The notes under the pieces: model-generated
What the model saw: the letters and a program-made list of their open reading frames with translations, nothing else
The model's database searches: none
Told to the model about the DNA's origin: nothing
Made by a program: the position numbers and the translations under genes
Shown here: positions 19,801 to 28,928 of the stretch, piece after piece
Numbering within the stretch: position 1 is the first letter of the stretch
Layout of the letters: each line of letters starts with the position of its first letter
IMG/VR virus record: IMGVR_UViG_3300008952_000012
Span: 32,001 to 96,000 of that record
Direction: 5' to 3' (one strand)
DNA length: 64,000 nt
Source: a virus

Positions 19801-22029
19801 TCTGGCCTAAACGATGACCCAATAAATGAGGACACCATCGGAGTTGACGGTGGAACTCTTTCTGTCGAGTACGCTGACCTGAATAGCGACGGTGTAATTG
19901 ACGTAGAGCCGGAAGCAGAGATCGATCAAATCGAACGCGTGTGTTTCACGCTCCCCGCAGAGGTGAACCTCGTAGAGTACGGAACTGCTAGGTATGACGT
20001 TTTACGATTAGACGACATGTTTGGCGACGAAAAGCACTGGTGGGTTGAGGCAATAACCTCAGCGCACTGGCCCATGAATGAATGGTATAGCTTTTTGGAG
20101 GATGTGCCAGCCCTGGGACTCGTCAATGAGTTGACGGTTACGGAAACCGGCGCAAATACAGACACTCTTATTACGTCTGCCCCAACGACTAATGTCGATT
20201 TAACCCAGTACCTTAAGCGCGGGGATATGGTCAAGGGTATCGAGAACCCGCTTGTGACCGCGACCGAAGAGTGGTTTGGGATTGTTGACTCCGTTACTTA
20301 CAACGGAGCGACATCAACAATAACCCTGGTGCCAGGAACCGGTTTTTCGCCGGGAGTTGTGTTTACCGGGCAGTTATTCTTTAGGTCCCTTGGGGTCAAT
20401 AACAGGCTCGTCCTGGATAGAAATCAGGCCCTACCAGCCACCATCGAGGACTTGCGGTTCACGCTTGGGCACCCATCAATTGGAACGGGGCGCGTGTACT
20501 TCAAAGACAAGACCTTCTTTGAGGCCGACCCCAAGACAGTGTTTACCTACACTGATCAGAAGACGCAAAAAGACTGGTACTTGCGACCCTCTCCGGCAGA
20601 GAAGGCTCTCATTTACAAATCGTCACACAGCGACACAGATTTACGTCTGGACAACACTTCTGACCCAGCTAAGCCCTGGAGGTACTTGGTCTCGGAAGAA
20701 ACCGACTTCTTCAAACACAACATCCTGCCAGGAGACAAGCTGAGCGTACTCTCTAAGGTGTTGTGGTCTGAGGCGTTCATGTCCGGGCTTGAAGAGGAGA
20801 AGAACCTTCTGGTTGGTGGTAAGACGCTGGCGGTGTCTGTGAATGACGCTATTCGGACATGCACGTTTAGCGGACCCAATCCGATGACCCTTGACGACGT
20901 GGTTGCTGATATCAACAGGCAGCTTGGGGACGTTCTGTTCGCAGACGTATTTCAGTATAATATTGAGGGCGTTGGCCCAGGTGCTCCCCCCAGCGAAGAA
21001 GTAGACGGGCCGGGATATAGGATTAGGATATTCTCTAGCCACGACATCATGCTGGTGACGCAGGGGACAATCGGAATCCTCTCTGACCTTAGATTTAGCG
21101 ATAGGGATAACACGCCTACGCCGCAACTGATCGGTGAGTACACGGTGTCCGGCCTTGAGTACATAGAAGCCGCAGGACCGATAGCCGCCAAAACAAGGAT
21201 ACGCCTAACGGTCGGGTCAACTGAGCCCGATACGCTGGAGACTTACATCCAGACATTGGCGTTGAATTCAGACGACGACGGTGATGATGTTTGGGATAGG
21301 TACTATGATCTTCTCTTCATCGAAATCCACAGGGACAAAAACCAGAGGGTTTACCCAGCAGACATGGAGACCGATGAGACCGGACTACACTATGCCTACA
21401 TAAAGCTCACGTCTTACGACCCAAACACGTCCACAGGGATCGTCCCAGACGAAAGTCAGTTAGAGCCATACAACTACAATTCTCTTGGATACGAGGTTGT
21501 TGTAGAGAACGAAAACTACTCGTATAGCCTTGGTGAGGACTCCAGTCTGAAAACCACGTCTGTGGTTCTGGATACGGTTGCCGACAGCTTTGAGAAAGTG
21601 TTCGAGGTAACCGGGGCTAGTGTGACGATTGGGTATGATCGCTCTGATACGGTGGCTTCCGTACAAAGCTACCTTTTGCAAAGAGACGCCCGAGTTGTTT
21701 GCAATAACCCACTGGCACGTCACTTCTTCCCCGCGTATCCAATGTTTTCCATTGAGCACACGGGGACACTTCTTAACAGTGAATTGAAGGATAAAATAGC
21801 TGACTTCTTGTCATCTCTGTATCCAAACAGGCCACTTGAGGTGTTTGATCTTACGTCAGTTCTTACAAAGACAGGCAGCAGCTACATGCTTATGCCGCAG
21901 GAGGCCGCGTTTTTGGTCCACAGATCTGACAGAAGAATCAAAGTTATTAGAAGCAAGAATATTGTATTCCTCGGCAATCAGTACCACATCATGGAAGACC
22001 TAAGCCGAGTCACGATTAACGGGGAATAA
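13879..22029 (+). CDS. Giant baseplate J/gp6-like wedge protein (2716 aa)
   Basis: N-terminal baseplate-J features (GNVRVYF, V.N...FSGG..EETNEEFLARA..SLSERSLNT) plus an SKINYTTGEIRL motif, followed by more than 2000 aa of inserted beta-rich domains. Confidence 0.75.
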   Translation: MATENLKRFMTERLLDLDPTLSDQAGSLMFTKVIDPLVARLGVDPLGVDIGTFILARLQEEFPELDVNSPGSVLKDVLVAPLALILEPLRREIFFLRTQNSLADATALSEPEMDALLSNILSERLNGANALGNVRVYFNSAKTVGVDSSIIFSTADGINFTPTSPSTYFPENFTRSGNHWYIDISVRSMEATIEANVPKNSIKFVNGLDNVARVTNSVGFSGGITEETNEEFLARAERSLSERSLNTERGIETDLFNKFSDITSIRVIGHGEPEMQRDILEAECNRDVTETLGPLIYMSADWATREVISGNITAMGAVAPMMENGFPFTNTIVFNAPPGGWDIDLKTKMLKAKYLRVSDGNQYYHNTMLNRVRVIDEIKEHMSGDIYVRTKDFEVFPPPADIFSEGTSVSVSGRTDGPHHGLNKHSWQGSDFKMIGGGDDALDYVTGAHLPFTDHIDTEFDFVDVPGSVIAGRDFLVVVSRGKFDDDMDPVDANTEWSKKIMTFPLLKHFGHEDLGVGRSDGFLVSKDRILYKGEANFEYEPNLEYSGLREHTHIRDFGGPKLSDWEEDDAQDIVWGGIDKEDYGRRPGVAIEGKKVNQLGMDSAPTSLEISDNGNAEPQECDIILNQSQTPWSARGIQEGDYVACTVYAETYGGDPYKGKLTDADEAMLWHAWGRIKKVGFGSPWRLRVEGLDWRPLHTGKLLEFSPVARAEVTIHEPLEHLGFDTDQLLEEPMGVPGEETRYLFGKVEWFSGSPGSWRNYPFGPVAEPEAYFPGTAYDFKKAGCTRDAWQQEGTQGGYKTNIDQAALGNVLYNASTVIGTTVDLHFKILGHGRGDGTMPPPPGTPYAQIRDDYTIIVPWDAAFAPASNSTADKGIAAKNLMIAFRDLVNEGSHPHHIDTLAVPANPTRTFPAYLEFDPIADADPVDLAAGTAFVQFHFLSLIYHELANQWEVFGAAVDTAVTDAFPGTGFFTNITSLDISGNIGAGDTGKLFDSPEAVSPGQKATAAAICEAINAASGQAVFDGFLGMSGLLKAYLKYPSQAADEPCTFIVECLDPVTALPPGGNGWTVRVIPDGHATPVPSQIEHPVWDGGYNYSWPINETGYPEGNVNGGYIGGFGARKQVVGKEPVTWPHDGFPSVPVFDFNHPDSKPVPALTGTVAGSDTDDYWGVVDQEEHPDHATPYEELGSVVASGGSATDSPPTYDAGTNIFVFRLNNVPAAEPTNSTDSPMLRIVMEVELPGPAESTSSSLPIGTKYPETKTYKLLFTDDGNGNIVYDPAWVLPSDDYDPANPDDHPHGNVQAALGDWLDTANSKINYTTGEIRLAFKEDFELSWPNWSNPNADWGGTPGDTFEWPPGYDPLGPPRGYTFHPNWTTLGSDPAPYKYDGGTVPVLEKPHVAGELLHPVFWAGYTYVKNPYRAFYTVYRGMSELLTPTGVNTPSYDEFAFLPAHRRPNPVPHGYPAHEPIHTTMPSGYYGDMWESESLGNNRIFSNFGFDDTANEVRMVWIRLGKPFNVVHPSIGGTPSEKCFTAELVDLDGAQDDITALGVPQEPEYSGYTKNRYRHYIPKEIAGNPNPDALDIDDDGTTTDVMVQPTSLPLVGGSTSIDDVDKEYPDLDFTDKPEPNEKGLSGFLIPYPMGNNYDMLNMPFGSSMNKPMSDVDLLEHQVAHLYEGFDMAAEDSLLTISGIPGGTPFPTRFGVPLEIVNNQVHIGGMTDVYLKPGATTEATSEEIRIQPEAPVVPYVDGGEVVFAGSDGKIDCLDNPVHFNSPTLHAELTALFGSNPRPLDNLVLEILDPPSPEIQPTFFRIIHTFSSMTNSGVKIDGEFPESLGLGFDNLRFRVMKECSTNLVEPLTILKQGDDLIVHENEMSAFSPSGYQFGANPVTAALYLHIDSEINYGEYRIEGINLNTLILTTAIDEEGTNLKYRIYTKQGTGLDMPMVRVKNVSLAGDNGGLEVPYKHPVDVVSSDFSGLNDDPINEDTIGVDGGTLSVEYADLNSDGVIDVEPEAEIDQIERVCFTLPAEVNLVEYGTARYDVLRLDDMFGDEKHWWVEAITSAHWPMNEWYSFLEDVPALGLVNELTVTETGANTDTLITSAPTTNVDLTQYLKRGDMVKGIENPLVTATEEWFGIVDSVTYNGATSTITLVPGTGFSPGVVFTGQLFFRSLGVNNRLVLDRNQALPATIEDLRFTLGHPSIGTGRVYFKDKTFFEADPKTVFTYTDQKTQKDWYLRPSPAEKALIYKSSHSDTDLRLDNTSDPAKPWRYLVSEETDFFKHNILPGDKLSVLSKVLWSEAFMSGLEEEKNLLVGGKTLAVSVNDAIRTCTFSGPNPMTLDDVVADINRQLGDVLFADVFQYNIEGVGPGAPPSEEVDGPGYRIRIFSSHDIMLVTQGTIGILSDLRFSDRDNTPTPQLIGEYTVSGLEYIEAAGPIAAKTRIRLTVGSTEPDTLETYIQTLALNSDDDGDDVWDRYYDLLFIEIHRDKNQRVYPADMETDETGLHYAYIKLTSYDPNTSTGIVPDESQLEPYNYNSLGYEVVVENENYSYSLGEDSSLKTTSVVLDTVADSFEKVFEVTGASVTIGYDRSDTVASVQSYLLQRDARVVCNNPLARHFFPAYPMFSIEHTGTLLNSELKDKIADFLSSLYPNRPLEVFDLTSVLTKTGSSYMLMPQEAAFLVHRSDRRIKVIRSKNIVFLGNQYHIMEDLSRVTINGE

Positions 22030-22035
22030 TACGTT

Positions 22036-25000
22036 ATGGCGCAGCTACCTGTATCCCCCACATGGGACCTTATAGACTACACGTTTAGAGCTTCGGATAG
22101 CGATATCTACGGCACTGGTGCGCGGTTCCTTGGTGATACGGTTTCTAGTATTGAGGGCCTCTCGTACATCCAGTACCCCCACAACGTTGTTATTGATGAC
22201 GCGTACGTATCGTTTATTGCCAAGACGTCAGACTCCATAGCTGCAATCAAGGAGACAAGCTCTCTCATAGTGTCCGCAGAAATAAACGGCGGCATACCAG
22301 AGAACTTCTCTATTGAGTTTGACATCTTCTTAAGTGAGGACCTGCCTAAGCAGGCCAGCAATAAGGAAAATCGCTTATTCGTTGGGGCAACCAACGTACA
22401 GGGGTACTCGGCAGGTTTCATATTCAGCAGAGAAGGTATCCATGTAGCCAATTCTCCTGACGATCCAAGCCCCGTTATTCTTGGTGGGTCTTCGTCCGTT
22501 ATGTTTAAGGACGACGGTTCCCCTGTGGACGGGCTGTTTATCAGGGCTGTTGTAAGCGGCGAGGACGGGCGGCTATACGTGTACGCCGAGTCTTCGGAGA
22601 AGGCCTACTATACAGAGAAGAACATAACCGATGCGGAGTTGTTGGCCTCCAGGGCAGCTAAATTCGCAGTCTCCCCGCTTGGCGACGCTGTGATCATTCA
22701 TGGGTCTGCCCTGTCTGCCGCCATGCAGGTTGAGCTAGGCATGCTCCCGCCAGGAGAAGATACTGCCATTGGGCAGGACGTTTCTTTTTCGATTGGGTCA
22801 TTAAGGCTGTCTGGGGCCAAGAGGTTCCCCAAGGACAGGCCGGAGGCTTCAATTGTCGCCCAAAGCCAAATAGTTGTTGGGCAAGCAATGGTGCTCAATG
22901 GCACGCAGAGTTCAGACAAGATGGCGAGGCCGCTAGACTTCTTCTGGGAAATAGACTTAGCCCCCGAGGAAAGCACGGCAAAGATGCAGGGGGCCAAGCA
23001 CTCCGAGTGCTCGGTTACGATACCAGCCCCTGACCCGCTAGACCCACCAATCGAGGTAGCCCAGCTTGTATTCATTGAGGCATCACTAAAGCATAATGAT
23101 TATAAGTTAATACTCGAACTCGGTGGGCCGGGAGGGTCTCTCACAACTGACATCGACTTCGTGGCCAAAGAGATACGTGTAAATCTTGAGGCTGATTTAG
23201 CAGGGGACCCCGCCACAACAGTCGCAGACTTCTTAGCGTCGTTCTCAGACACGTTGGCTGCCGGGTACAATATGAAGGTCTCTGGCGGAGAAGACCTCAC
23301 AACGGGCACCGTTTACCCAAGAATAGTAAAAGCTCTATTTACAGAGGGCACCGTTGCATCTGGGAACGAGATGGTCCAACCGGGCGTGTTCTTGTTTTCC
23401 GGAGGGGTTGGGTCAGACCTCACGTCGCCAATCTTTATTCCGGACGTCCCCGGTACCTACATACTCAGCCTGATTGTCCACAACGGCATTAGGCAGAGCC
23501 GAAAAGACCTACAGGTTGTTACCGCCACGGTTTCCGAGCAGCTTCTCGGACACAGGCCGAATTCTACGTACATCTTCAAGTACCTCCCAGACTTTTGGAA
23601 TCTAGTCTCGGATAAAAAGCAGCTATCAGCAATATGGTCTGCCATGACGCAGGCAGTATCATCAGAGTTACTTGTTGCTTGGCAGAACGATTATGGGAAG
23701 GCCCTACGAGACATATCTCGTAGATACCAGCGTCGATGGCTGCACCACGATTGTGCGATTGAGATCCCACCAGATACGCCAGTTGATTTAATCTTCAACG
23801 AGACGGCTGAGTATGGAACACAGCCAGACAAACTTAGCGTCAACCCCATAGCCGAGGGAACTCATACAAAGATTTCCTACATCGTAAGTCCCGAGTTGGT
23901 GCAGCCGGTTCAGGTCGGGAAGGGCTTGGTATTTAGTGACATTGGGCCACCAGAACCCATAGAGATTACAGAGGTCTCTTATGTGGACGACACGGTCGGG
24001 TGGAAGATTTCGAGCAAGCTCACCTCATTCCCTGTTTACGACCTCATAGCTGAGCGTACCGGAGGCTACTTCGTACAAGACCCTGATGACGTAATCGTTG
24101 TAACGCCGGTAAAAAGTGCGGTTCTGTATGAGCCAACGTACCCGTTCTCAAAGATAAACCAAGAGACTGATCGCGTACGCTTGTACAAAAAGGATGGGAC
24201 CACAGTCACAAGCCCTGTTGTCGAGTTCGGTCCCGGGGGGAAAAAGAACACGATCAGACTTGATATTGAGAGAGAAGAGGCAGACGGGCTAGCCAGAAGG
24301 TGGGATCATCTTCGAGAGGTTCAGTACCAGTCTCTTTGGCAGGGACCATACTTATCAATATTCCAGACGTTCTACTTTAGTGATGATGTTGTTTTTGAGA
24401 ATGGCGATCTTGCAAAGATCCAGATTATTGATCCGTACACTAGCGCAGAGGTCGATGTCCACCTTCCCATATACGCATTTGTGGACAACGATCTATTTGT
24501 ACAGTGGGAACCGTTAATAAGCTCGCTAAATGCCGCCGCTAAACTAAATGGTGATGAGAAGGTATGGACAGAAGAGGACCTTAAAGAGTTGGGCTGGAAG
24601 CTCACCGCCCTCGTCAAGCACAAGGAAACTTTTAAGAAAGAAGATCTAGTCTCCATACCCATCCTTGGCGAGACCACCGTGACCCCAGAGGGGCTCAAGG
24701 AGAGGTTCGACTTCGATGTAAGGGACAACAGGATAGCTTTTAAGCCACTCCTTTCTGGGGCGGTGGACCTTGTTTCGACTACGGTAATCGCAGACGACGT
24801 ACCTATACAGTGCTGGTCAGCCACGCTTAAACCTGACTTTTCGTACCACCCAGCCCTAAGCGATATTGTAAATTCTGTTTCTATACTTGATTCGGATATG
24901 GCGCAGGAGATGGGGTTCTACTCTGTTGTCCTAGAGGACGGGCCCGCTGGTACATACAAGCTTTTGGGGGTATCCGAGGACGGCACCAAGATCCTTCTCG

Positions 25001-28000
25001 ACAAGAGAGCCGCCGACCACACCGTAACAAGCCTGAAGAATGTTAAGTTCCATGCGCCAACGAAGAGTGCGTTCACTCCCGGCGTAGACACGTACTGGGC
25101 TGAGATCTCTTACTTCGACAACGTAAAAACAGTTGAAGGGAACTTCGGGCTATTTGTTGGGTTCCCTGAGGAGCTTGTACACAGCTATGATGAGAACCTG
25201 GATTACTTGAGTGTGATCAAGTCTCTGTGGTTCGCTTTCCTAAGCGGGCCTCACTTTGACAACCTCAAGATGGGCGTCCAGGCACTGTTCAACCTTCCCT
25301 ACGCAGAGGTTCGTGGGCAGATAACATTTATTGACCCGCCCACAGATGTCGAGCCTGGGCACATCGTCATGGTTGACGCCGACAACAGGACCTATAACTA
25401 CAGCTACCCAGAGAACGCGGAGTTGGCCATAAACCCGGACACGGGCAGGACCATCAAGGCGTTCAATCTGATCGAGGATGAGAGCACACTTAGTGAGGAA
25501 GAGGCCGCTATTTTAGCGGATGCGAAAGTAGCCCCGTACACCAAGCTTGTGGATGTGGTCATGATTGAGGACTACATCTCAAACCCGGACCTAATCGAGA
25601 GGCAGTTCGGAGGCAACGTAAGACACTACGTGGACGACGAAGGGGTTGTGCACGACATAGACGAGCCCCCAACTATTATAGAGAAATACCACAAGTTTAT
25701 AGTTGACGTCCCTCTAGAGGTAGCCCGGACGACCCAGGTATTTCCGCTCGTAAAGACCTTCCTGAAAGAGGCCAAGCCCGCATACACCGACTTCATATTA
25801 CTAGGCTCTCTAAGGCTCTCAGATGAGGTCAGCGTGGTCGAAGAGACTATCCTGAAGCCAACCTTGCTTCTGAAAGATACGCCTCACACAGAGCCGTACT
25901 GGGCCCTGTACGATGGTTTGGGAACCAGCTACTCAGCGATGGCCCCGACTATGAGCGGCGGCCAGCCGGTCCTTGACCCTGACACCGGTTTACCGATGTG
26001 GCATTCGGAGCAAGTAGAGCAGGCGGTGATACCTGCGGAGCGGGAGCTTCTTACGTGGCCCGTCGAGAGAACGAAGGAAAAGGTAGCTGGAATAGATAAT
26101 GAGGCGCTTGAGAGCCTTAACGCTACCGTCCTCTCTCCCCCATCCGGGTATACGTTTGAGTACACGGACGACGGGATGGGGAATCAGATTGAACCGGTTA
26201 GACTCACAATCCACGCAACGAATCAGCTTGGGACTACGATAACTACGGGACCGAACACCTGGAGCTTCACAGATCTGGGTGAGTTGCTAATCAACAGCGG
26301 CCCCAACTCCGGCGTTAACACTGTGTGGAAAAGCATAGGTTTCTACGTCCCTGGGGACCCAAAATTCTACACGGTCGATGTTACATCTTCTCTTTTGAGC
26401 TTCACCCCTGTAGTTGGGACCCCGGTAGCGTGCGTAATCGTATTCGATGCGCCATTCCCTATGAACGCAAACATTCTCAATGGGATGGACTTGTCGTTTT
26501 ACCTCTTAACAGAAGAGGTGGCCAACCTCCCAGCACCGGTGATTACTTACTGGGACGATGAGGATGTTAAGGAGAAGTTTGAGTCTGGTTACTGTGAGGG
26601 GGTCTTAGATGACTATTCTGGCGATGGCTCGTGGAACAGTCGCCGCACTACCCTCGACATGGTCAACAGCATTAACTCCGACTTGGACGTTGTTAACAGC
26701 CGAGTATGGGTTCCAATCATTAAAGACACCACAGACAACGAGCTTGAGTTCGTTCCTGGGGAAGAGATAGACGTTCGCTATCTGGGGAACCCGGTTGACA
26801 ACGCATCTACCGGAGATGCCCTGAATGTTATTTGGAACGACGCGCCCCCCACGCTCCTTCATTATGGGTCTTCGTACCACCCGAAGATGCCCTTTGGTGC
26901 AAGCTCTCCGCAGAACAACCACCCCTATACGTACATGCTTTTAGGGTTTGAATCTGAGTATGGCCTAGAGAAGCCACAGCTAACCGGGGAGGAGTTAAAT
27001 AGCAGCCCGGACAGCTTGATGAACTATGGGCACGAGTCACGGCTTGATGTGCTTAAGGCTGTCTACGACTACGTGACCTCCATTGCCGGTGACCCAAACG
27101 ACATAACTCTGGTCGGGTCTATCAGCGGGGCCGTAGCCAGAATGGATGCGCTAGAGAATGGCGACCCCGTAGTAGACAGAGCCAACTCGGTACACTCTCC
27201 ATATTTCTTGCTAGAAACCATGTGGCAGGCCGATAAACTTATTAGCTACGGGCCAAAGGCTTTTGCGGATCTTATTACCACTAAATACATTCCCCTGGGT
27301 GGAATATCCGTAACAGACTTCCAGAACGCATCTCTTAATCTCCATCCGGAGGGCGGCTTTGTACTAGAGACCAGCATGTTCTATGACGATTTCTCTAAGG
27401 GAATGGGTAGCTGGATAACAAATACCCTGGCCCCGGGAGAGATTAGACATCAGATAGGGACCCTTTCTCCGAACGTTGCCAACCCAAGTGGGCATCCGAA
27501 CCAGACCGCCTACGTATTCTCACTTGGTGATTCTGGTACCACCCCTACTAGACTTCTTGAGTTGGACCGAGATTTCACAGTTTCAAGTGGCCTAATTATC
27601 CAGTACAAATGGGCTCACGGAGATTTCGAGGATAACGCTGGACACTTGGACATGGATAAGCCCGACGCCGGTGAAGACCTAAAGCTTTATTACAATCATA
27701 ATAATGGCGGGTGGGTTCTAGCTGATACACATGCAGCCACCCTTGCTACACAGGGCGATGACGTTGGGTGGCAGCTAAAAAATGTGATCATAGAGCCTCT
27801 GGGGGTGGCAAACGGGGACACGATTAGGATCAAGTGGGAACAGACCGCGTACGCACAAACCGCTGATAATTGGGCATTTGCTGACGTTAGGGTTTCCGAT
27901 CTGGTCGATCCGGTTAGTCCAGACAGCGTCCACTACCCAAACTGGGGGGAGCCTCCCATCGACCATACGTCAACAATCATTTTGGAAGAGAACTCCAGAA

Positions 28001-28917
28001 AGTGTGTTTCAGAGGTCCAGCAGCACCCATACAACCAACTCAAGAGTGAGAGCGAGCAGTTCATCCCAAGCTACAGCCCCGGGTATTACTCTTGGCAAAA
28101 GCCTGTGGCAGGGGCGAATGACGGTGGGCCAGGATGGAATGATGGTACAAACATAGACCTGGACGGGGGAGGGGTTATCGTTCCGGCAACCCCCGCTCCC
28201 CTACTGACTTGGGACTATCTCGATGTTGGCCGCCTTACGGACACGCCCACAAACTTAGACTTGTTCACCCAGAACACCGCCACAAAGCCGTTACAGAACA
28301 TCCACATTGGGTACAAGATCCGATGCTGGAAGGAACACCACCACACTCATGGGTTTACAGAGTTCTTTATTCCGCCCCCAAGCCTTAAACTGATAGAGCC
28401 GGGATCTTCCGGATATGACATTAGGCTCGGAGGCTTCTATTTTTGTAACGATGATCCAACGCGATCAACTGTGCCCACATCCGACCCAGACTCCTTCGAT
28501 GGGGTCATTGGCGGTAGCTGGCTGTTCCTGCGGCACAGTGAAACCGGGGATGAGATTGCTGTGACTGATTGGGTTTTTGAGGTAGGCACACATACCAACA
28601 AGCACATTGTGCCTAAAGGTCCGCTTAACGATGGCACCCAAACCTGGGTGCTTGGAAGAGACCCTGACCCGTTAGAACCCTTTGACCCAGGCCAAAGAAG
28701 CGATGGCCATATCTACGAACTTAATATTCCGGTACTTTCCCGTCCGGGTTATTATGACATCATAATCCGAAACTATCGACCCTGGTACATGCAGCCTGGA
28801 GCACCAAGACAAATTCACATGGATGAAATAGTTGCTCATAGGTCGTATTATTACGAAGTTGATGGATGGGGCGGCATCGCTTGGGGTACTGGTCCTTGGG
28901 GCGGCGCTGAAAGCTAG
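22036..28917 (+). CDS. Giant baseplate/tail protein (gp7/gpI-like position) with PKD-like and reelin-repeat-like domains (2293 aa)
   Basis: Follows the J-like gene. PKD-like VVGQAMVLNGTQSSD...LDFFWEI and FIPDVPGTYILSLIVHNG; wedge-like KYLPDFW...IW; jelly-roll segment at 27379-27897. Confidence 0.65.
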   Translation: MAQLPVSPTWDLIDYTFRASDSDIYGTGARFLGDTVSSIEGLSYIQYPHNVVIDDAYVSFIAKTSDSIAAIKETSSLIVSAEINGGIPENFSIEFDIFLSEDLPKQASNKENRLFVGATNVQGYSAGFIFSREGIHVANSPDDPSPVILGGSSSVMFKDDGSPVDGLFIRAVVSGEDGRLYVYAESSEKAYYTEKNITDAELLASRAAKFAVSPLGDAVIIHGSALSAAMQVELGMLPPGEDTAIGQDVSFSIGSLRLSGAKRFPKDRPEASIVAQSQIVVGQAMVLNGTQSSDKMARPLDFFWEIDLAPEESTAKMQGAKHSECSVTIPAPDPLDPPIEVAQLVFIEASLKHNDYKLILELGGPGGSLTTDIDFVAKEIRVNLEADLAGDPATTVADFLASFSDTLAAGYNMKVSGGEDLTTGTVYPRIVKALFTEGTVASGNEMVQPGVFLFSGGVGSDLTSPIFIPDVPGTYILSLIVHNGIRQSRKDLQVVTATVSEQLLGHRPNSTYIFKYLPDFWNLVSDKKQLSAIWSAMTQAVSSELLVAWQNDYGKALRDISRRYQRRWLHHDCAIEIPPDTPVDLIFNETAEYGTQPDKLSVNPIAEGTHTKISYIVSPELVQPVQVGKGLVFSDIGPPEPIEITEVSYVDDTVGWKISSKLTSFPVYDLIAERTGGYFVQDPDDVIVVTPVKSAVLYEPTYPFSKINQETDRVRLYKKDGTTVTSPVVEFGPGGKKNTIRLDIEREEADGLARRWDHLREVQYQSLWQGPYLSIFQTFYFSDDVVFENGDLAKIQIIDPYTSAEVDVHLPIYAFVDNDLFVQWEPLISSLNAAAKLNGDEKVWTEEDLKELGWKLTALVKHKETFKKEDLVSIPILGETTVTPEGLKERFDFDVRDNRIAFKPLLSGAVDLVSTTVIADDVPIQCWSATLKPDFSYHPALSDIVNSVSILDSDMAQEMGFYSVVLEDGPAGTYKLLGVSEDGTKILLDKRAADHTVTSLKNVKFHAPTKSAFTPGVDTYWAEISYFDNVKTVEGNFGLFVGFPEELVHSYDENLDYLSVIKSLWFAFLSGPHFDNLKMGVQALFNLPYAEVRGQITFIDPPTDVEPGHIVMVDADNRTYNYSYPENAELAINPDTGRTIKAFNLIEDESTLSEEEAAILADAKVAPYTKLVDVVMIEDYISNPDLIERQFGGNVRHYVDDEGVVHDIDEPPTIIEKYHKFIVDVPLEVARTTQVFPLVKTFLKEAKPAYTDFILLGSLRLSDEVSVVEETILKPTLLLKDTPHTEPYWALYDGLGTSYSAMAPTMSGGQPVLDPDTGLPMWHSEQVEQAVIPAERELLTWPVERTKEKVAGIDNEALESLNATVLSPPSGYTFEYTDDGMGNQIEPVRLTIHATNQLGTTITTGPNTWSFTDLGELLINSGPNSGVNTVWKSIGFYVPGDPKFYTVDVTSSLLSFTPVVGTPVACVIVFDAPFPMNANILNGMDLSFYLLTEEVANLPAPVITYWDDEDVKEKFESGYCEGVLDDYSGDGSWNSRRTTLDMVNSINSDLDVVNSRVWVPIIKDTTDNELEFVPGEEIDVRYLGNPVDNASTGDALNVIWNDAPPTLLHYGSSYHPKMPFGASSPQNNHPYTYMLLGFESEYGLEKPQLTGEELNSSPDSLMNYGHESRLDVLKAVYDYVTSIAGDPNDITLVGSISGAVARMDALENGDPVVDRANSVHSPYFLLETMWQADKLISYGPKAFADLITTKYIPLGGISVTDFQNASLNLHPEGGFVLETSMFYDDFSKGMGSWITNTLAPGEIRHQIGTLSPNVANPSGHPNQTAYVFSLGDSGTTPTRLLELDRDFTVSSGLIIQYKWAHGDFEDNAGHLDMDKPDAGEDLKLYYNHNNGGWVLADTHAATLATQGDDVGWQLKNVIIEPLGVANGDTIRIKWEQTAYAQTADNWAFADVRVSDLVDPVSPDSVHYPNWGEPPIDHTSTIILEENSRKCVSEVQQHPYNQLKSESEQFIPSYSPGYYSWQKPVAGANDGGPGWNDGTNIDLDGGGVIVPATPAPLLTWDYLDVGRLTDTPTNLDLFTQNTATKPLQNIHIGYKIRCWKEHHHTHGFTEFFIPPPSLKLIEPGSSGYDIRLGGFYFCNDDPTRSTVPTSDPDSFDGVIGGSWLFLRHSETGDEIAVTDWVFEVGTHTNKHIVPKGPLNDGTQTWVLGRDPDPLEPFDPGQRSDGHIYELNIPVLSRPGYYDIIIRNYRPWYMQPGAPRQIHMDEIVAHRSYYYEVDGWGGIAWGTGPWGGAES

Positions 28918-28928
28918 GAGATTTTATT

